DNA from: Eledone cirrhosa
Lineage: Eukaryota
Assembly (NCBI GenBank): GCA_964016885.1
Contig: OZ024740.1
Coordinates: forward strand, 266,724,001-266,788,000
DNA: 64,000 nt
Direction of reading: 5' to 3'
Shown here: positions 39,594 through 51,498 of the stretch, piece after piece
Layout of the letters: every line of letters begins with the position of its first letter
Position numbering within the stretch: position 1 is the stretch's first letter
Notes under the pieces: model-generated
Told to the model about the DNA's origin: nothing
Database searches by the model: none
What the model saw: only the letters and a program-made list of their open reading frames with translations
Program-made: the position numbers and the translations under genes

Positions 39594-40533
39594 TTGGCAT
39601 CCGTAAAGCAGCTACTACAGCTTCTTCACCTTTTGAAGAAATTTCATTGATTAAATAATCTGAGAGTTGTTGCAACTTTTTACCTGTGATTGCAATCATC
39701 AAAGACAATTTGGCAAAGTAAGATTCTGTATCACATACTTTCAGACAAACATTATTGTCTTTCAGGGCAATAAGAGGACTAAGAATATCTTTTAACTTAC
39801 TGTTTACGTTTAGTAATCTTGTAAGGTCAGAATTATTTTTTATCATTAAATCTAGTTCTTCTTCAAAAACTCTAGCAATTTCTTCATTAGTAATAATCGT
39901 TAAAGAATTAGAAGCCTGAGTCGATACTTCTTTACAGACATTTTCTGATTCTTTCTTTGCACAGTTTTCTTTACTTAATTTATCCCCTTTTGAATTCCAG
40001 TTATCTTTGATAATCTTTGGATTTTTGTAATAGCAAGTTCCCTTGGAACCATAACTGTTTGATTCTGGTCTTTGATATTTGTTAGTCCTATCTCTTTCAC
40101 CATATGATGTCTTAAAAATTCTTAAGTCAGCAGTATCACAAAAACTATCATGAAACCTTTTCTCATTTCCATGTCTTCTATTCAGATCATGCCCGTTAGT
40201 ATGCTTAGATTCATTCTGAATTACATGGTTATTATTTATTCTTTTAGGAAAGGATCCAGAATATTTGTTACCATCATTATTAAAATTATGGTTTTCTCTA
40301 AAATTCTTAGAATGTAGAGTATGGTGTTTTTTAAGATCTTTCCTTTCTATATAACCATTGTGCTTGTTCGTAGAGTTAGGACTTACGTGAAGATTTTTAG
40401 AACTTAAGAAATTGTTTTGGGGAGTGGAATTTCCCCAGGAGTGGGAATTTTCAGACTTACAAACTGGATTGAAATTCCAGTTCTTAAACTTAAAATTCTT
40501 CTCACTCAGCTTAGCCATAATCCAAACACCCAT
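39594..40533 (-). CDS. Host gene, first coding exon (Asn/Lys/His-rich low-complexity N-terminus followed by a helical region)
   Basis: Acceptor CTTTTCTTTACAG immediately before ATG at 40533. Donor A|GTAAGT at 39593. 940 nt + 1520 nt = 2460 nt = 819 aa + stop. Confidence 0.8.
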
Positions 40534-42147
40534 CTGTAAAGAAAAGAAATATATAATAAAATTGAGTTATCATTATTGATATAATTAGCTTTTAGTCTAA
40601 GTATTATAATCAATGATTTAATTATAATAAACATTTCAAAGCACTCAGAAATTAATGACTATTTTATAATAAAATATATCTAGATGTACATGGAAACTAA
40701 ATGTTTTGTAGTATATCATGCAACAGTCATCAGTTTAATTAGATGACCTCATTGTGAACACCAGTGGCTTCGCAGATTATTGACTATTAATTTGACAATG
40801 GGTTGTCACAACTGCTCCAGTTAGCAGGAAAATCTATGAGTATGCAAAATGCTTCACCTTCGATGGAGGGATGACTCAAGAAGGAGAAAAATATATTGTT
40901 GTAAATCTAAATATAATATATCTAAATATATTATGGTAAAAAATCAACAAACTTCACAACTTTCAAATTGGATCTTTTTTTATAAGAACACACAGATTTA
41001 CAATGTATACATAGGTATGGCAGTGTGGTTAAGAAGTTCACTTCATAACCATGTCATTTCAGGTTCAATCCTACTGCATGGAACATTGAACAAATGACTT
41101 CAATTATATGTCCAGTAGAGGGAAATTAATAGATAGAAATTGGGTAATTTAATTTTGTTTTCAAAGCATAATTATCATGTGAACAGAAGCCAAATCAACA
41201 TGAAAATTAATTTTATTGGGAAGAGAAGCAATGAGAGGAGTGTTCTGCTGAAGAAGGAGTGGCCTGAAATTAAAACATTGAGGAATTGCTTGGAGATGTG
41301 CTCTGGTGAAAGATGGGTGTTTGACATTTCTAATAAGTTAAAATACTAACAACATTTACTAATGTAAATCATGAAACTATTTGCTCCTGTTAATCAAAGA
41401 CTTAGAAAATTAAATGTAACTTCATTGGCAAAAGTTAGTTAACCCTTTCATTACTATCATCATCACTGTTTAATGTCCATGTGACCCCAACACGACAACT
41501 TTACAGTGTGGACTGGGCACTTTTTGGCATGTCACTAACAAAACCACTTTTTAGTGTGAACTTGGCGTTTTTTGTTGTATCATCAACACGACCACCTTAC
41601 AGTGTTACTAGGCACTTTTTGTCATGCCACGATCACAAGTACTATATTTCTAATAAAAATAAACACTGCCTATTATTTTTTATTAATTTTGAAAATAATT
41701 AAAAATTTGAAAATAATTAAAAATATGACTAACTGTCTCGTTATAAAGCTGGTGTTTTAAACATAATTTAACTGGAGTTGTAATTAAGACATAATGTTTT
41801 TAGATAAATATAAACATTTTAAAATGAACAGCTTTATATCATAGAACCATGGGTGGTTTCAGGCAGTTTGGTATCAAGTTTGTATAAAATTTGGAAATTT
41901 GAATTCTATCCATTTTGGCTGCAATACTCTTCATCAGTAGGGAAAAAAAGACAAGAAGAGATATCTTTCTCTGATATTTTCTTTTTCTGAAGAAGACCAT
42001 TGCTCAAAATGTTAGAATTATTATCTTTCGATAGTATAATATAAATTTATTGAACTATGCAAACGAAATGGAAATGAAATACAAATCAAATCATGGTTTG
42101 TGAACTTAACAAAGAGAACAAACATCAACAGATTAAAGATTACATGT

Positions 42148-42178
<31 letters not shown>

Positions 42179-42211
42179 AGAATATTTTCGAAACAGCGAG
42201 TTGGTTTGAAA

Positions 42212-42490
42212 TTATTAGAAATATAAGCTATCGCCGTATTTTGACTAAAGAAATTAAAGAAATTATTTAGCCTGATAGTGGGGTTAAGAACCCTCGGAGA
42301 AATGGAAAAACATGAGTATTGACGAAAAACATGAGTATTGATGAAAAACATGAGACATGAGTATTGACGTACATATACGTCAATACTCATGTTTTTCTAT
42401 TTCTCCAAGGGTTCTTAACCCCACTATCAGGCTAAATAATTTCTTTAATTTCTTTAGTCAAAATACAGCGATAGCTTACATTTCTAATAA
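42212..42490. repeat. Imperfect fold-back (palindrome) in TA context with an internal short tandem triplication
   Basis: TTATTAGAAATATAAGCTATCG... mirrors ...CGATAGCTTACATTTCTAATAA. Centre at about 42373. Confidence 0.88.
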
Positions 42491-42603
42491 ATATATATAT
42501 ATATATAGATAGATGTAAAAATTTGTCAGCAAAAATTTGTCAGCAATATACTTTAAATCTTGATAAAAAAAAAAGATTGCTAAGAATCTAATTTAGAAAA
42601 GCT

Positions 42604-43065
42604 TATAAATATAGAAAGATCTTAAATAAGAATACAGACTACCCAAAAGGGTAAATCCCAGTAAAGTGATCTAAAATAAGAAAACTTCACTATCCTACGG
42701 GTAGTATTTGTTAAGCAGCCTAAAGCTAGAGGTCTCAACATATATTCCTCTTACTGCAGTTTCATGAGCAAAAGAACAAAATCAACCATCTTAATTAAGA
42801 CAGTACCACCAGAAATGGCCCAATCATCAGAAAGGGGTCTAATTAAAAGAAACTGACTTAATTAATTAAGATGGTCAATTCTGTTCTTTTGCTCATGAAA
42901 CAGCAGTAAAGGGAATACCTGTTAAACCCTCTAGCTTTAGGTTACTTAACGAATAATCTACCCCTAGGGTAATATGCTTGTGAAGTTTTCTTATTTTAGA
43001 TTACTTTACTGGAATTACCCTTTTGGATAGTCTGTATTTTTATTTGAGATATTTCTATATTTATA
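42604..43065. mobile_element. Diverged fold-back mini-element containing a hammerhead ribozyme (HHR 42745-42837, minus strand)
   Basis: Arms 42604-42799 and about 42857-43065 are inverted with many substitutions. The minus strand reads CCCTTT-CTGATGA-TTGGGC...GCTCAT-GAAACTGCAGTA-AGAGG. Confidence 0.8.
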
Positions 43066-43541
43066 TCATCATCATCACCATTTAACGTCCATTTTTCCAA
43101 GCTGGCATGGGTTAGACGACTTATCCTGTTGTGAGCAATGCCAGGTCAGGTGATCATGTCATGCTCCTACAGAACTGATTTTAGCTTGGTTCTACAGTTG
43201 GATGCCCTTACTAGCGTCAACCTCATATACAGTGAGTACTGGGTGCTTTTTGTTATGACACCTATACGACCACTTTACAGTGTAGGCTGGGCGCTTTTAG
43301 GTGTGTCACCATCACAACCACTTTACAGTGCGGGCTGGGCACTTTTTGTCATGTCACTGTCCCAAACACTTTACAGTATGGGCTGGAGGCTTCACTGGAT
43401 GTATACTTCAGCTTGTCTTCATGGGAGATGTATGGGAGTGGGTGGGTGGGTGGGGGGGGGGGGGGTGCATACTATACATATGCTTCAGCTTCAGCCCTGT
43501 GCCCATGGATATACATATATATATATATATATATATACAGC

Positions 43542-43592
<51 letters not shown>

Positions 43593-44967
43593 TGGGTGTG
43601 TATTTTCCTTTTCTGTACTTGAAAAGGATTCCAATTTTCAGAAATGCTTGGGAAGCAATGTGCATAATATTTGCAGGTGGGTGCCAATATTTGAAAAACG
43701 AATGATGGGAGTGATCTAACAAAAAGTAATAAATAAATGAAGTATATAAGATATACTTTTTAGAAAAAAAACAAAAATGTGTTAAAAGCAGGAAAATATG
43801 TTTTTCTTCTTTTCTTAACCCGTGACTTCTGGGGAAGTTGTAGGAGTGCCATATTGACATATTGTGTTTCTAGAGCATTTTTAAACATGGTGAAGCCCAT
43901 CTCCTCTCCAAGTCGAAATACAGTAGGTTTCTTCCAGAGATGGATAGAGAGAATGAGAGAAAGGAAGTAAGAGATATAGAAGAAGAATCAATCCCAGTAT
44001 TTGATTGGTACATTTTTATCAACCTTACATGGATGAAAGGCGAAGGTGACCTAGGGATATATATATATATTAATAAAAGATAAAGATTGGAGGCCATATT
44101 CAGTTGATTCAGATTTATTTAAAACTCTGTTATACGTATTTCTCTGAGGACTATCAGTTAAGATTGCCTGAACTCTTCAGGCGGCAAAACCTAAAATAAA
44201 CATTACAAGTTCCTAAGAAACCTTTAAATTTGGAAAAATCCAATAATTTCCCCCCCAAAAGATTTTCTTTTCATGATACAGGGGGCGAGCCGAATGTGTG
44301 GTGTTGTTTCTTTGATGGCCAGCCCCTGTCAGAGAGAGAGGGAGAGAGAAGGAAAATATATAGGGATTTTAAAAGACCAACAAGCTGAACAGGCAAGAGA
44401 TTGTATTTCGTAGAATTGGGTTTGTTATTGATTGTCTAACCCCAGGTCATTCCTAGTAGAGTAATCTTAGCTTCAAAGGCATTTCAGTCGCTTTCCCCCA
44501 AGCTTTTTAGATGTAAACATGACTACTTTAACTTGTATGTTCATCCATATTTAAGACTGGAAAAAAGAAATGAAGCCAGTTGTGAGATTGGACAAAGGAA
44601 ACATTTCCTTTGATCGTTTCATTGGCAATACTATCTGCTGATCACAATACAGCAAAAGCAACATCACTTTTCTAGTGAGAGGAGGTGGGATTTGAACTCA
44701 CAACACACAGAGACAGAACAGATACCACGAAAAATCCTATAGAATGCTTTAATAATCCCACCAACCCATTACCTCTGGACTGGTACTTTATCTACTGACA
44801 CCGAAAGAATAAAAAGCAAAGCCAACCCCAATCGGATGTTCTAAGGAATTTGCTAATTTGCTGCCTATTAAGAGTGGAGGTTGTGATGAAATTGCTTAAA
44901 TTGCTTCCTACTAGCTTGAAACCAGAGATACATTACATAATATAATATAATTATATATATATATATA

Positions 44968-45688
44968 TCTCAAGCTGTGACACGCCGCCCAGGCTTTACT
45001 CTTCCTCTCAACCACATCATCTTCCGTATTCCCAATCTTTGCTCCCAAATACAGGAAGTCCTCAACCAATTCTAGCGGCTTCCCGCCTACATTAGTGATC
45101 CCCTCTGGCTTCTCAACATTCTCTACCAGATATTTTGTTTTAGTCTCATTCATTCTCAGCACAACACCCATCAACACAGTCTCAACCTCCTGCATCAAAT
45201 CCTCTGCCTCCTTCACTGTATTTGTCACCAAAACTATGTCGGTGTGGAAGTCGGACCTTCGTAAAGACCTGAAGATCCGCCTCTTCATTGCTGTAGTGGA
45301 GTCTATGCTGCTGTACGGGTCTGAGACTTGGACACTGACCAAGAAACTCACTCAGATGGTGGCTGGGTGCTACACGAGAATGCTGAGGATGGCTCTGAAC
45401 ATAAATCAGTATACACTGAGGATGAAAAACTCAGGGCTGTATGGGAGCCTCCCAAAGGTCAGCTCAAAAGTGACACAGAGGAGGCTGAGGTTAGCTGCAC
45501 ATGCTCACCAACATCCATGTGGGAGCCCCGACATGGACACACTGGATGAGGAAGACCAAGGTTAACGTATGTTGATGCCCTAAGGACAGACACTGGTTTG
45601 TTGGAGACGCAGGACATGGCAGCGATAATGAGGGACAGAGACCGCTGGAGAGAACTCGTCCATGGATCTCGGGAATTTTACCCACCCT

Positions 45689-45690
<2 letters not shown>
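44968..45690 (+). mobile_element. RTE-like LINE fragment with inverted 5' segment, between (TA)n tracts
   Basis: The minus piece 45240-44968 encodes DIVLV...FLYLG...KAWAACHSLR. The plus piece from 45241 continues VWKSDL...LLYGSETWTLT...RRLRLAAH. Confidence 0.85.
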
Positions 45691-45721
<31 letters not shown>

Positions 45722-45807
45722 AAAAGAGTCAGGACCCCGACAGCTGAACTCCGGCCATTTCGACAGTTAAATCCAAACTAAGCTACCAGTATTGTGTGTG
45801 TATATAT

Positions 45808-46140
45808 CATTTCATTTTACGTCCGCTTTTTCCCTGCTTGCAAGGGTGTGATGGGAACTGATACTGGCTTGATTTCTACAGCTGGATGCCCTTCCTAACA
45901 CCAACCTCATTTACAGTGAGTGCTGGGTGCTTTTTTTTGCCGTGGCACCTCCACGACCACTTTGCAGTGGAATGATAGGGACCCTAGTCCCTATCATCTC
46001 ATTTCTACAGCTGAGTAAACTGGAGCAATGTGAAATAAAGTGTCTTGCTCAAGGAAACAACACATCACCCGGTCTGAGAATTGAACTCACAACCTTTCGA
46101 TTGCAAGGCCAATGCTCTAACCACTAAGCCATGTGCCTCC
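45808..46140 (-). mobile_element. Family B SINE with RTE-derived 3' tail, full length
   Basis: Head GGAGGCACATGGCTTAGTGGTTAG and B-box GAGTTCAATTC. Tail GGTGTTAGGAAGGGCATCCAGCTGTAGAAATCAAGCC is shared with the RTE 3' UTR at about 48615-48650. Confidence 0.85.
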
Positions 46141-46219
<79 letters not shown>

Positions 46220-46225
46220 AGAGAG

Positions 46226-46257
<32 letters not shown>

Positions 46258-46259
46258 TG

Positions 46260-48762
46260 AGAGAGATGAGAGAGAGATTTAAAGATATTCTACTCAACGC
46301 CTACGACAGTAAAGAAGAACAGATAGAGACATTCAATGTAGAAGAGCACTGGGAGTTCCTAAAAAATAACTTACTAGAGGCGACAGATGAGGTCTGTGGC
46401 TGGAGTAAGACCACAAGCAGGAGGAGAGTGTGACTTGGTGGTGAACAATAAGGTAGATGAGGCAGTTAAGGCCAAGAGACAGGCATGGAAAGAATGGAAG
46501 AACGGGGGAGCAGGTACATTACATAGAGGACCAACAGGGAAGCTAGGCGACAAGTATACTTAGCTAGAGGGAAGCAGAGGATAGAAAATTCAAGCATGTT
46601 TTGCAACGTGAGGACCAGAAACAGGAGGTGTTCAAGATTGCGAGGCAGTGTGTCAGAGAGAATTGTGATGTCATTGGAGAGAAGTATATCCGGAATGATA
46701 AAGGTGAGCTTGCCCTCACAAGTGCTGAGAAGAAGATGCATGGAAGAGCCATTATGATAGATTACTAAATGAGGAGAATGCATGGGAAGAAGAGACCCTA
46801 CCCCAAGTAGACCCTATAGAGGGGCCAGCAGTACAAGTCAACAGCAGCGTAGTAAGTAAGGCAATCAAAGATATGAAGATGGGGAAGGCAACCGGTCCAT
46901 TGGGTATAGCTGCCGAGATGCTGAAGGCATCTGGGTCTGTAGGTCACACTATAACCACACGTATTGTTAACCAGGTAATACTAGGTGTCATACCAAACGA
47001 TTGGTGCAGTAGCATCATTGTCAACTGCTACAAAGGTAAAGGTGATGCACTCGATAGAGGAAACTATAGAGGTATAAAGCTGATTGACCAGGTCATGAAA
47101 GTAACAGAAAGAGTTATAGCACAGTTGATTAGGGACCGGGTGAAACTAGATGAGATGCAATTTGGGTTTGTACCAGGAAGAGGCACCACTGATGCCCTCT
47201 TCCTTGTGAGGCAGTTACAGGAAAAGTACCTAGCTAAAAGTAAGCCACTCTACCTGGCATTCGTCGATCTTGAGAAAGCCTTTGACAGAGTTCCCCGTGC
47301 TATAATCTGGTGGGCTCTTAAAAAACTAGGAGTAGATGAATGGCTTGTGAAAGCTGTACAAGCCATGTATAGGGGAGCAGTCAGCAAAGTTAGGATTAGC
47401 AATGAGTATAGCGAGGAATTTAGCGTACAGGTTGGGGTTCACCAGGGCTCTGTTCTTAGCCCTCTCCTGTTCATCATAGTCCTGCAGGCAATAACGGAGG
47501 AGTTTAAGACCGGATGCCCATGGGAACTCCTGTATGCAGATGACCTCACACTTATAGCTGAATCTATGGTAGAACTAGAGAAGAAATTCCAAACTTGGAA
47601 GCAGGGACTAGAAAGAAAGGGTCTCAAAGTCAACATGACAAAGACTAAGGTCCTTGTAAGTAGACGAGAAAACAGAACTCAGATCCCCTCAGGGAAATGG
47701 CCTTGCTCAGTATGTAGGAAAGGTGTAGGTAGGAACTGCATTCTCTGCCCCAAATGCAAACAATGGGTAAACAAGAGATGTAGCGGGATCTCAGGAAGCT
47801 TAATTAAGAATGTAGGCTTCACATGCAGCAGCTGTACTGGGACAGCAAGCAGCAAACAGCCACAGGAAACAAGTACCACCAATCTCTGGGAGGGCTCTGT
47901 AGAAACAGTAGACAGCTTCTGCTACCTAGGTGACCGAATTAGCAGCGGATGTGGGTGTTCAGAAAGTACAATAACTAGGGTAAGAACGGGATGGAAGAAG
48001 TTCAGGGAACTACTGCCACTGCTAGCTGCAAAAGGCTTCTCCCTCAAAATGAAAGGCAGACTGTATGATATGCGTGTATCCGAATAGCAATGTTGCATGG
48101 TAGTGAGACCTGGGCGCTGAAGGTCGAAGACTTACGTAGATTAGAGAGAAACGAAGCCTGCATGCTCCAATGGATGTGTAATAGTAATATACGCGAACAA
48201 CAAAGCATAAATGAATTGAGAGAGAGACTGAGCATAAGAGGAATCAAATGCTGTGTGCAGGAGAGGTGGATGCGTTGGTATGGACATGTGATGCGTATGA
48301 AGGATGACAGCTGCATAAAAAGGTGCAGAGCACTAGAAGTCGATGGAAACCGCGGACGAGGATGACTTGGGATGAGGTGATAAAAGCCGACCTTACCCAA
48401 TTACACACAACCGTGACCACTGGCGTCACGCAGTAATACAGAGTACCCGACCTCCCATGGGTACAAGCTGAAGCATATAGACAATATGCTCCCACACCCT
48501 CCCACTGCAAGGTGGTCGTGGAGGTGCCACGGCAAAAAAGTACCCAGCCCACACTGTAAAGTGGACGTGTAGGCGCCACGAAAAAGCACCCAGCACTCAC
48601 TGTAAATGAGGTTGGTGTTAGGAAGGGCATCCAGCTGTAGAAATCAAGCCAAATCAGTTCCTGTATGAGCAAGGCATGGTCAGCCGACCAGACACTGCCC
48701 ACAACAGGACAACCCGTCTAACCCATGCTAGCGTGGAAGAACGGACGTAAAATGGTGATGAT
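46260..48762 (+). mobile_element. RTE-clade LINE, 5'-truncated (RT with embedded PHD-like finger), (GAT)n tail
   Basis: ORF 46873-48087: FVDLEKAFDRVP, VHQGSVLSPLLF, LLYADDL, WPCSVC...CPKCKQWVNKRC...CSSC, FCYLG. Continuation 48090-48365 (LHGSETW, RWYGHVMR). Confidence 0.93.
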
Positions 48763-48763
48763 G

Positions 48764-48794
<31 letters not shown>

Positions 48795-49060
48795 CATATA
48801 TATACATGCATACACAATGCCTAAAAAACAGACACATTACATAATGTAGTTCTATTTGTATCATGATCAGATGATGAAACTGGGCCCTTGAAATATGTAG
48901 TGTTTTTGTGGAATTAAAATTTGAAAGAAAGTTTCCAATTCGATTGTCTGTTGTTTTTAATGAGTATATATATATATATATATTAAAAAGATGTGGTAAG
49001 ATACCAGGTGGACCATACTTCACCAGAATACTCGATACTTGGGGCAGTAGAGTGGGTAAT

Positions 49061-49180
49061 ATGAAAAGATTCAGGACTCCGATGGCTGAGCTCCGGCTGT
49101 TTTGACAGCTAGATCTGAACAGTTCAGATCTAGCTGTCAAACGGCCGGAGCTCAGCCTTCAGGGTCCTGAATCTTTTCAT
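49061..49180. repeat. Short imperfect palindrome of an HHR-3'-half repeat
   Basis: ATGAAAAGATTCAGGAC...AGATCTGAAC mirrors GTTCAGATCT...GTCCTGAATCTTTTCAT. Confidence 0.85.
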
Positions 49181-49269
49181 ACATACATATATATATATAT
49201 ACAACGCCTCAGAAAGCAGAGACACATTGGATAATGTAGTTATATATATATATATATATATATATAATA

Positions 49270-50467
49270 CGAGTTGGAATCAAAAGGTTTCCGAACTAGT
49301 TCTCTAGCGCACCAACAGGTGGCAAAAAATGGTTGCGTGCATAGTGAGAGCTAGCAGTGGCCTTCATGCACCAGTGTTCTGAGTGACATCACTGTATTCA
49401 CTTTGCAAGTTGTGAACTTCGTGTTTTTGTAATCACGTGTATGCTGTAGCCTGCGATTTTGTCATGAACAGGAAGTTGGAACAAAGAGCCAACGTGAAAT
49501 TTTGCGTTCAACTTGAGAAGTCTGATACAGAGACATTGAGCATGTTTCAGCAAGCTTACGGGGATGAGGCAATGAGTCATACGCAATGTTTTGAGTGGCA
49601 CAGAAGAATGTTCCTGGAAGATGATAAGAGATCTGGAAGACTTGCCACAAGCGTAACCCCCAGAAATGTGGAGAAAATTAACCAGCTTGTGCAGGAGGAT
49701 CGTCGAAGGACAATCAACGATATTGCTGATGTTGTTGGTCTGTCATATGGGTCTGTGCAGACAATCATAACGTCTGAATTGAACATGTGACGTGTCACTG
49801 ACAGGTTTGTCCCCCAGCTGCTGACCACTGAACAGAAAGAACATCACGTCGAAGTTTGTCAAGATCTGTCAGCATGCTGTTGATGACCCATCATTCATGT
49901 CGATGGTGATGAGAGTTGGGCCTATAGGTATGACCCTGAGACGAAGCAGTGGAAATAAGCACTGCGCATCAAAAATTCGTCGTCCAGGGCCAGGCCGTCA
50001 ATCGAGAGTTCAACTGCAATGTTTTGAGGCATTTGAGGGAGGACATTTGACGAAATGACCAGTTGTGTGGAGCACGAAGAATCTAATTCTTCGCGATGAC
50101 AATGCACGCTGTCACCAAGCTCTCCTAACTTGAGTTTCTCACCAAAAACAACATTGTATCACTTCTACACCCATCCATTCGCCAGACTTAGCCCCTGCGA
50201 ACTTCCATCTCTTCTCTAAGCTGAAAATGCAACTCAAAGGTTGCCGTTTTAACACTGTTGTCAAGATCCAGAGCAAACCGCAGAAGGTCCTCAACTCACT
50301 TACGGAAACCGACTTCCAGGCTGAATTTCAAACATAGTAGGAATGCTGGGACTGGTGTATTGCTGTGCAATGTGACTATTTCGAAGGAGATGATGTTAAA
50401 ACTTAGATAAATATATATTAGTTTTTTTTAACATAACTAGTCCAGGAACTTTTTTTATACCACCTCA
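49270..50467 (+). mobile_element. Decayed mariner DNA transposon (near full length)
   Basis: TIRs CGAGTTGGAATCAAAAGGTTTCCGAACTAGT and ACTAGTCCAGGAACTTTTTTTATACCACCTCA, flanked by TA. Transposase remnants EQRANVKFC, EDDKRSGR, FVPQLLT, GDESW...YDPETK and SPDLAP. Confidence 0.92.
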
Positions 50468-50555
50468 TATATATATATTATTCATTTATGTTCATACATG
50501 GTACAAAAGTGCTACCTAGGGTTTCAAAGCCCAATATTTACCATATCTCCTGAAT

Positions 50556-50643
50556 ATAAGAGGGATCAAAATTGTGGCCTATCTTTAGGTGCTTATATGA
50601 GTATAAGCACCTGAAGATAGGCCACAATTTTGGTCCCTCTTAT
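50556..50643. repeat. Small palindrome with arms of about 42 bp
   Basis: ATAAGAGGGATCAAAATTGTGGCCTATCTTTAGGTGCTTATA / TATAAGCACCTGAAGATAGGCCACAATTTTGGTCCCTCTTAT. Confidence 0.85.
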
Positions 50644-50807
50644 TTGAAGGTGGATTTGACACTAAACAATAAGAAATATGAACTTACTACCTTCTTCAGC
50701 ACTCTAACCTATCCAGAAATAGAGAGTACAACATCAAATTACTTTGGCTGTTTTATTCACATACTCCTCATTACCTCTATTGCTCTTAGATGGAAAAATC
50801 ATTGATT

Positions 50808-51498
50808 GAGCAGGCCTGTGATCAAAGTATCAGCAGACCTATGATCAAAAGTATCAGCAGGCCTGTGATCAAAAGTATCAGCAGACCTATGATCAAAAGT
50901 ATCAGCAGGCCTGTGATCAAAGTATCAGCAGACCTATGATCAAAAGTATCAGCAGGCCTGTGATCAAAAGTATCAGCAGACCTATGATCAAAAGTATCAG
51001 CAGGCCTGTGATCAAAAGTATCAGCAGGCCTGTGATCAAAAGTATCAGCAGACCTATGATCAAAAGTATCAGCAGGCCTGTGATCAAAAGTATCAGCAGG
51101 CCTGTGATCAAAAGTATCAGTAGACCTGTGATCAAAAGTATCAGCAGGCCTGTGATCAAAAGTATCAGCAGACCTGTGATCAAAAGTATCAGCAGGCCTG
51201 TGATCAAAAGTATCAGCAGACCTGTGATCAAAAGTATCAGCAGACCTGTGATCAAAAGTATCAGCAGGCCTGTGATCAAAAGTATCAGCAGGCCTGTGAT
51301 CAAAAGTATCAGCAGGCCTGTGATCAAAAGTATCAGCAGGCCTGTGATCAAAAGTATGAATAGACCTACAATCAAAAGTAGCAGCAGACCTGTGATCAAA
51401 AGTATCAGCAGACCTGTGATCAAAAGTATCAGCAGACCTGTGATCAAAAGTATGAATAGACCTACAATCAAAAGTAGCAGCAGACCTGTGATTAAAAG
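50808..51498. repeat. 24-bp minisatellite (AGCAGGCCTGTGATCAAAAGTATC)n, about 29 units
   Basis: Directly visible; gives the (VIKSISRP)n and (LITGLLIL)n ORFs. Confidence 0.95.
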
